A stretch of DNA of 64,000 bases from an uncultured Candidatus Rokubacteria bacterium (GTDB taxonomy: Bacteria; Methylomirabilota; Methylomirabilia; Rokubacteriales; DASRDR01). The stretch's first letter is position 1. Each line of letters begins with the position of its first letter. The stretch spans positions 1,792,001-1,856,000 of the forward strand of contig CAWDVE010000010.1 in NCBI GenBank assembly GCA_963805625.1, given 5' to 3'. Below, piece after piece: positions 58,364 to 64,000 of the stretch. The position numbers and the translations under genes were made by a program. Under the pieces are notes generated by a model that saw only the letters and a program-made list of their open reading frames with translations, did not search any database and had not been told where the DNA came from.

Positions 58364-59080
58364 CTAGATTCGATCGGCCGTCTGGCGGCCTCCGCACGCC
58401 CGGACGAGGCCGCGGACGCGCTCGGCGTCGACGCGCCCGCCGACCCGGTCCCCGACGCAGGCGGCGCCCCGCATACCCACCAGGTCGGGACCGATCGGCG
58501 CCAGGCGCACGAGGTCCTCGGCCCGGAGCGAGCCGGCCAGAGCCGACAAGAGACCGCGGGCGCGGCACGCCGCGACGAACGCCGCCAGCTCGGCCTCGCC
58601 CAGCCACTGGAACAGTCCACGCCCGTCCTTCACCGCCGTGTCGATGAGACAGCCTTGGGCGCCTGCGGCGACCGCGAGCGCGGGCAGGTCGAGGGGGTGC
58701 GGCGATCCGGCGCGGGTGAAGTCGGCGAACCCGGCCACCACGACGTGGACGTTCGCCGGAACGCTCGCGCGAGCCGCGCGGAAGCTCGCGGTCGCCGTCG
58801 CGAGCGAGGTGTCGCGGAGCCCAAGCTTCACGAAGGCCGCGCCGCTCGCCGCCGCCGTGCCGGTCAGCGCGGCGGCCATCGCCGGCGTGAAGGGCCCGTC
58901 GCCGAGCGCGGCGCTCACCGGCAGATGAGCCGGCGTGGCCTCCCGCACCGCGCGCACGACGTGCGCAGCGGCTTCGCCGAGGGCGCCCCGCGAGGGATCC
59001 TTGACGTCGATCACGTCAGCGCCGGCGGCAGCCGCGATCCGGGCCTCCCCGGCGTCCACAACGCTGACCAGAAGGCGCAT
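58364..59080 (-). CDS. mfnB: (5-formylfuran-3-yl)methyl phosphate synthase (DUF556/Orf22)
   Basis: LLVSV, DVIDVKDPSRGALG, VSAALGD, IDTAVKDG, LAGSL and GMRGAAC motifs. Confidence 0.88.
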   Translation of the reverse strand: MRLLVSVVDAGEARIAAAAGADVIDVKDPSRGALGEAAAHVVRAVREATPAHLPVSAALGDGPFTPAMAAALTGTAAASGAAFVKLGLRDTSLATATASFRAARASVPANVHVVVAGFADFTRAGSPHPLDLPALAVAAGAQGCLIDTAVKDGRGLFQWLGEAELAAFVAACRARGLLSALAGSLRAEDLVRLAPIGPDLVGMRGAACVGDRVGGRVDAERVRGLVRACGGRQTADRI

Positions 59081-59103
59081 AAGAGTCGCATTATAGTAGT
59101 CGG

Positions 59104-59895
59104 GTGGAGCCGCGACAACCGAGCGCGCCCGTTGCCCTGAAGCGTCTCCGGGGCCAGGTGGCGGTCGTCACCGGCGCGAGCCGGGGGATCGGGCGCGCGA
59201 TCGCCCTCACCCTCGCGCGGGAGGGGGCGCGCGTGGTCGTCAACTACGCGCGCTCGCGCGAGCGCGGCGAGGCGGTCGTGGCCGAGATCCTGGCGGGCGG
59301 CGGAGAGGCCCTGGCCGTCCGCGCGGACGTGTCGCGAGCGGAGGAGGTCGACCGGCTTCTCGAATCGACGCTCGAGAAGTTCGGACGCTGCCACGCCTGG
59401 GTCAACAACGCGGGCGCAGACATCCTGACGGGGGACGCCCGAACCTGGCCGGCCGAGCGCCAGTGGGACGAGGTGATGGGCGTCGACCTCAAGGGCACCT
59501 GGATCTGCTCCCGGGCGGCGGCGGAGGTGATGCGCCGCGACGGCGGCGGCGTCATCGTGAACCTCTCGTGGGACCATGTGAGCCATGGCATGGGAAGCGC
59601 GACCGCCGCCATCTACGCCGCCGCGAAGGGCGGCGTGGCGGCGATGAGCCGGTGCCTGGCGCGGGAGTTCGCGCCCGCGGTGCGGGTCAACGTCGTGGCG
59701 CCCGGGTGGATCCGGACCCAGTGGCTCGACGGCGCCGGCGCCGAGATCCAGCAGCGCGTCACGGAGGCCACCCCGCTCGCGCGGCCCGGCACGCCCGACG
59801 ACGTCGCCGGAGCGGTCGCGTTCCTGGCTTCCGCGGAGGCGTCGTTCATCACCGGGGAGACGCTGCTCGTGAACGGTGGAGTGGTCATGGGCTGA
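59104..59895 (+). CDS. Short-chain dehydrogenase/reductase (possible pterin reductase)
   Basis: TGASRGIG, NNAG, YAAAK and VNVVAPG motifs. Confidence 0.85.
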   Translation: MEPRQPSAPVALKRLRGQVAVVTGASRGIGRAIALTLAREGARVVVNYARSRERGEAVVAEILAGGGEALAVRADVSRAEEVDRLLESTLEKFGRCHAWVNNAGADILTGDARTWPAERQWDEVMGVDLKGTWICSRAAAEVMRRDGGGVIVNLSWDHVSHGMGSATAAIYAAAKGGVAAMSRCLAREFAPAVRVNVVAPGWIRTQWLDGAGAEIQQRVTEATPLARPGTPDDVAGAVAFLASAEASFITGETLLVNGGVVMG

Positions 59896-59984
59896 GCCAC
59901 CCCGGCAACGTCCGTCGCGGGCGAGCGGTCGCCACCACGGTCGATCGACAGTCGGCGGAGCGCGGACTCCGCAGGAGGCGCACG

Positions 59985-60365
59985 ATGGCTGAAGAGAAGA
60001 AGCTCCCCGTCCTTCCGGACGACGAGATCGAGCGGCGGCTCACGGGCGAGCTGCCGGGCTGGTGGTACGAGGGCCGCTGGATCCGCCGGAAGTACAACAC
60101 CGACGGCTGGCTCACGACCCTCGCGCTGGTCAACACGATCGGCTTCCTGGCCGAGGCCGCCTATCATCACCCCGACCTCGAGGTGACGTGGGGCAAGGTG
60201 TGGGTGAAGCTTCGCACCCACTCGAGCAACGGCGTCACCGAGCGCGACTTCGCCCTGGCCAGGCGGATTGAGGACGCGGTGCTGTGGCGACCGGGCGCGG
60301 GCTCCCACATGGAGGGCACACCCAACAAGTGGGTGAAGGGCGGCAGTCCCGATCGGCCCGCCTGA
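59985..60365 (+). CDS. phhB: Pterin-4a-carbinolamine dehydratase
   Basis: AEAAYHHPDL, LRTHS..GVTERDF; AGGAGG RBS. Confidence 0.88.
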   Translation: MAEEKKLPVLPDDEIERRLTGELPGWWYEGRWIRRKYNTDGWLTTLALVNTIGFLAEAAYHHPDLEVTWGKVWVKLRTHSSNGVTERDFALARRIEDAVLWRPGAGSHMEGTPNKWVKGGSPDRPA

Positions 60366-60413
60366 GCGGGCCGCCCCCGCCGCGCCCCCACACCCGAGGA
60401 TACCCGGGTCTCC

Positions 60414-61796
60414 GTGCCCAAGACCCTCTTCGTCACCGGCAAGCTCGCCGAGCCGGCGCTCCGGGCAACGCTCGAGCGCATGGCGCCGGAGTTCCCGTAC
60501 GAGGTGGCGGTGCTCCGCATCACGGTCGCCGCCCTCATGACCACCTCGTGGATCGCCCGGCACCTCACAGAGGTCTCCGGCTGCGAGCGCATCGTCATCC
60601 CGGGCCTGTGCGAGGGCGACGTGCGGGCGATCGAGGACCGCTGGGGCGTCAGGACCGAGAAGGGGCCCGCCGACCTCCGGGACCTGCCCGAGCACTTCGG
60701 ACAGGCGGCGCTCCGCGAGGCGTACGGCGCCCACGACATCCGGATCTTCGCCGAAATCAACAACGTGCCATACCTCTCCCGCGAGGAGGTGGTGCGCCTG
60801 GCGGAGTACTACCGGCGGAGCGGCGCCGACGTGGTCGACCTCGGCTGCTCCCTCGACCGGAAGTTCGACGACGCGGGCGCCGTCGTGGGCCTCCTCAAGA
60901 GCCAGGGCTTCACCCTCAGCATCGACACGCTCGATCCGGGCGAGATCGTCGCCGCCGACCGGGCCGGCGTCGACTACGTGCTGAGCCTCAACGGCCAGAA
61001 CCTGAGCGTGGCCGCCCGACTCCGGGCCACGCCGATCCTCATCCCGGACTCCCCGGCGGAGCTCGACACGCTGGACCGGAGCATCGCGCACCTCGAGACG
61101 CTCGAGCGTCCCTACATCGTCGACCCGGTGATCGAGCCCGTCGGGTTCGGGTTCGCGGCGGCCCTCGACCGGTACGTCCAGGTCCGGGCGCGCCACCCCG
61201 CGGTGGAGATCCTGATGGGAATCGGCAACATCACGGAGCTGACCGACGCTGACACGACCGGGATAAACGCGCTCCTGATCGGATTCTGCCAGGAGCTCGG
61301 CATCCGCCACGTCCTCACCACCGAAGTGATCCCGTGGGCGCGCGGCTCGGTGCGAGAGGTCGACGTGGCGCGCCGTCTCATGTACGCCGCGCGCCAGCGC
61401 GGCGTCCTCCCGAAGCACGTCGACGACCGGCTGCTCACCGTCAAGGACGCGCGCCCCAAGTACTACACCGAGGCGGAGCTCCGCGAGCTGCACCGGGCGA
61501 TCACGGACCCGAACTTCCGCATCGCGACCACCCGCGACGCCATCTGCGTGTTCAACGACCGGCTGTTCGTCAGCAGCACCGACATCCAGGCGCTCTTCGA
61601 GCAGCTCGGCGTCGAGGATCCCGCCCATGCGTTCTACCTCGGCAAGGAGCTGATGAAGGCGCGCCTGGCACTGCTCCTCGGGAAAACCTACGTGCAGGAG
61701 CAGCCGCTCCGCTGGGGCTACCTGACGCCGGAGCGCGAGGACACGCCCCACCGCCGGGTGCGGATCGAGGGGCGCCGAAAGCCGCCGGATACCTAG
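60414..61796 (+). CDS. Dihydropteroate-synthase-related protein (Orf20-like)
   Basis: VTGKLAE, KGPADLRDLP, GADVVDLG, GNITELTDAD and HAFYLGKEL...YVQEQPL motifs. Confidence 0.88.
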   Translation: MPKTLFVTGKLAEPALRATLERMAPEFPYEVAVLRITVAALMTTSWIARHLTEVSGCERIVIPGLCEGDVRAIEDRWGVRTEKGPADLRDLPEHFGQAALREAYGAHDIRIFAEINNVPYLSREEVVRLAEYYRRSGADVVDLGCSLDRKFDDAGAVVGLLKSQGFTLSIDTLDPGEIVAADRAGVDYVLSLNGQNLSVAARLRATPILIPDSPAELDTLDRSIAHLETLERPYIVDPVIEPVGFGFAAALDRYVQVRARHPAVEILMGIGNITELTDADTTGINALLIGFCQELGIRHVLTTEVIPWARGSVREVDVARRLMYAARQRGVLPKHVDDRLLTVKDARPKYYTEAELRELHRAITDPNFRIATTRDAICVFNDRLFVSSTDIQALFEQLGVEDPAHAFYLGKELMKARLALLLGKTYVQEQPLRWGYLTPEREDTPHRRVRIEGRRKPPDT

Positions 61797-62101
61797 GGGC
61801 GGGCCGACAGGAAGGCGGCGCCGGAACCCCTCGGCGCGCCTCCCGCCGGGACCCAGAAACGCCTCTGGTCGTGCCGGGGCGGATGGACTATCCTCGGGAG
61901 AACGTCGCGACACGGTCCCGTCGAGTGCGGCGGAACTCGCGCGGCGGAGCGACAAGTCGGTTCGGGCAGACGAGCGGAGCGCCGGGCGGCAACGGCGATC
62001 TGCCACGTCGCCCCGACCCCTCACGGAGCGCAGACCCAGAGCTGCGGCAGGGAGGAGACGGCCGCAAAGCGGTCGATTCCTCGGGAAGGAACGGTATCTC
62101 C

Positions 62102-63724
62102 ATGCGAGAGGCAAGGCGGCGTTGGCCCTTCGTGGGTGTCGTTCTGGCCGTCACGGTGATCGTGGCTGTGTTCGTCTTCGGGGCGGTGGAGCGGCTCGGT
62201 GCGCAAGCGCCGAAGACTCTCGTGATCGCCATCGGCGCGGACCAGACCGGGCTCGATCCACAGACGGTTCAGAACAACGAGTCCGGCTTCATCATGGCGA
62301 CCATCTACGACTCCATCGTGAACTACAAGCCTGGCTCGAGCGAAGTCGGCCCCGGACTGGCCGAGTCCTGGACCATCTCGCCCGACGGCAAGGTGTACAC
62401 GTTCAAGATCCGCAGGGGCGTCAAGTTCCACGACGGGACGCCGATGAACGCGCGGACCATCGCCGAGGACGTGGACCGCGCGATCAACCCGAACAACCCC
62501 TGCTACGTCTTGAACCGCAAGGTCGACACCTACGACGACTTCACCTTCGGATCGGTCAAGGCCGGTAACGTGGTGAAGGTCGAGGTCCCGGAAGAGTACA
62601 CCCTCCGCTTCACGCTGCCGGAGCCGAACGCGCCGTTCCTGTCGAGCATCGCCATGGTCTGGCAAGGGATCGTGAGCCCCGCCGCGACCAAGCAGTACAA
62701 CTGCGACGCCGGACAGCACCCGGTCGGAACCGGCCCCTTCAAGTTCGTCGAGGCCGTGCGGAATGACCACGTGACTCTCGAAGCGAATCCCGACTACTGG
62801 GGCGGAAAGCCGAAGGTCGACCGGATCGTCTTCCGGATCATCCCGGAGAGCGCGACGCGAATGCTCGCCCTCGAGCGGAACGAGGTGCAGATCCTGGCCG
62901 ACGTCCCACCGGCGGACTACGAGCGGGTCACGAAGAACTCGGCCCTGAAGATGTACACCCAGCCCGGACTGACGATCCTCGGCATCGCGATGTCCAACGA
63001 GCTCGGACCGTTCAAGGACAAGCGGGTCCGCCAGGCGATGAACTACGCCGTGGACAAGGAGGCGATCAACAAGGGCCTGTACGCGGGCGCCACCACGGCG
63101 AGCCAGGGCATGCCGCCGGTCCTCTGGGGGTACAACAAGAGCGTCCAGCCGTACCCATTCGACGTCAACAAGGCGAAGGCGCTCCTCAAGGACGCGGGGT
63201 ACCCGAACGGGCTCTCGGCGGACATGATGGTCTCCGCGAACCCGCGCGGCTATAACCCGATCGGCGGGGCCAAGCTCGGCGAGGCCGTTCAGAGCTACCT
63301 GGCCAAGGCGGGAGTGACCGTCAAAATCACCCAGTACGAGTGGGGGGCCTACCTCGCGCGACTCCGGCGCGAGCCGTGGGAGGGGTTCGCGATCAGCGGG
63401 TGGTCCGGCGACAACGGCGACCCCGACAACTTCCTCGGCGACATGTTCGAGTGGGACACCGTCAACAACAAGGCCCGCACGAACAACAACGCGCGCCATC
63501 ACAATCCCGAGTACGACAAGCTGATCCTGGACGGCCGCCGCACGGCGGATCAGGCCAAGCGCGCGCAGATCTACGAGAAAGCCAACGCGGTCCTCCACGA
63601 CGATGCCCCCTGGATTTTCATGAACCATACCAACCATGTGCGCGCGACGCGGGCCAACGTGAAGGGGTTCCAGCTGAACCCGCTCCAGATGTTCTTCCAC
63701 ATGGAGCTCGTGTCGCTCGAGTAA
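62102..63724 (+). CDS. ABC transporter substrate-binding protein, DppA-like
   Basis: LAESWTISPDGKVYTF, GTGPFK and GWSGDNGDPDNF motifs. Confidence 0.92.
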   Translation: MREARRRWPFVGVVLAVTVIVAVFVFGAVERLGAQAPKTLVIAIGADQTGLDPQTVQNNESGFIMATIYDSIVNYKPGSSEVGPGLAESWTISPDGKVYTFKIRRGVKFHDGTPMNARTIAEDVDRAINPNNPCYVLNRKVDTYDDFTFGSVKAGNVVKVEVPEEYTLRFTLPEPNAPFLSSIAMVWQGIVSPAATKQYNCDAGQHPVGTGPFKFVEAVRNDHVTLEANPDYWGGKPKVDRIVFRIIPESATRMLALERNEVQILADVPPADYERVTKNSALKMYTQPGLTILGIAMSNELGPFKDKRVRQAMNYAVDKEAINKGLYAGATTASQGMPPVLWGYNKSVQPYPFDVNKAKALLKDAGYPNGLSADMMVSANPRGYNPIGGAKLGEAVQSYLAKAGVTVKITQYEWGAYLARLRREPWEGFAISGWSGDNGDPDNFLGDMFEWDTVNNKARTNNNARHHNPEYDKLILDGRRTADQAKRAQIYEKANAVLHDDAPWIFMNHTNHVRATRANVKGFQLNPLQMFFHMELVSLE

Positions 63725-63821
63725 CCTCGCGGCTTCGGTCGCGCGGACGGGGGCTCGCCGTCGCCAGGTGGCGGGCCCCCGATGTTTCATGGATTCCGCG
63801 CACTGAGACCGCCCTCCGCTC

Positions 63822-64000
63822 ATGTGGAAGTACGTTAGCCGGCGGCTGATCCAGCTCCTCCCCGTCCTCTTCGGGGTCAGCGTGCTCGTCTTCTTCGGCA
63901 TGCATCTGATCCCGGGAGACGTCGTCCTGCTGCTGCTCGGGGAGAAGGCCAGCGCCGCCGAGCTCGAGCGCCTCCGTCACCAGCTCGGGCTCGACCAGCC
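63822..64000 (+). CDS. DppB-like permease, 5' part (runs off window)
   Basis: MWKYVSRRLIQLLPVLFGVSVLVFFGMHLIPGD...LGLDQ. Confidence 0.85.
   Translation, partial: MWKYVSRRLIQLLPVLFGVSVLVFFGMHLIPGDVVLLLLGEKASAAELERLRHQLGLDQ

Overview
Very GC-rich bacterial chromosomal window. Gene content and style (many dpp/opp-type transporters, FixL/FixJ-like regulators, archaeal-like C1 genes) are consistent with Candidatus Rokubacteria/Methylomirabilota; this is an inference. From left to right: a decayed hicBA toxin-antitoxin pair beyond the 3' end of tRNA-Gly(CCC); a CCA-adding-type nucleotidyltransferase; catabolic and ABC transport genes; a lexA / KaiC-like ATPase / AlkZ-like / amidohydrolase run; tlpA-ctaG-tatB; 2-oxo/hydroxy-acid enzymes; a B12-radical SAM selenoprotein (CUAEP tail, in-frame UGA plus SECIS-like hairpin) with NifU and ATP-grasp partners; glycosylation genes with remnants; an RND pump; and a MASE1/PAS two-component system. 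The largest block is a ~17 kb tetrahydromethanopterin/methanofuran-type (H4MPT/MFR) C1 cluster: fae, fhcD/ftr, DUF447, mptG, mch, RimK-like, CitG-like, PTPS, FolK-GTP cyclohydrolase fusion, HisA-like, MfnF/E/B-like, SDR, PCD and a DHPS-like gene. It carries a 38-codon apparent deletion scar where formylmethanofuran dehydrogenase/Fhc subunits would be expected. Three copies of a ~75-80 bp inverted-repeat element supply gene stop codons. All product calls come from motif recognition by eye; no database searches were run.
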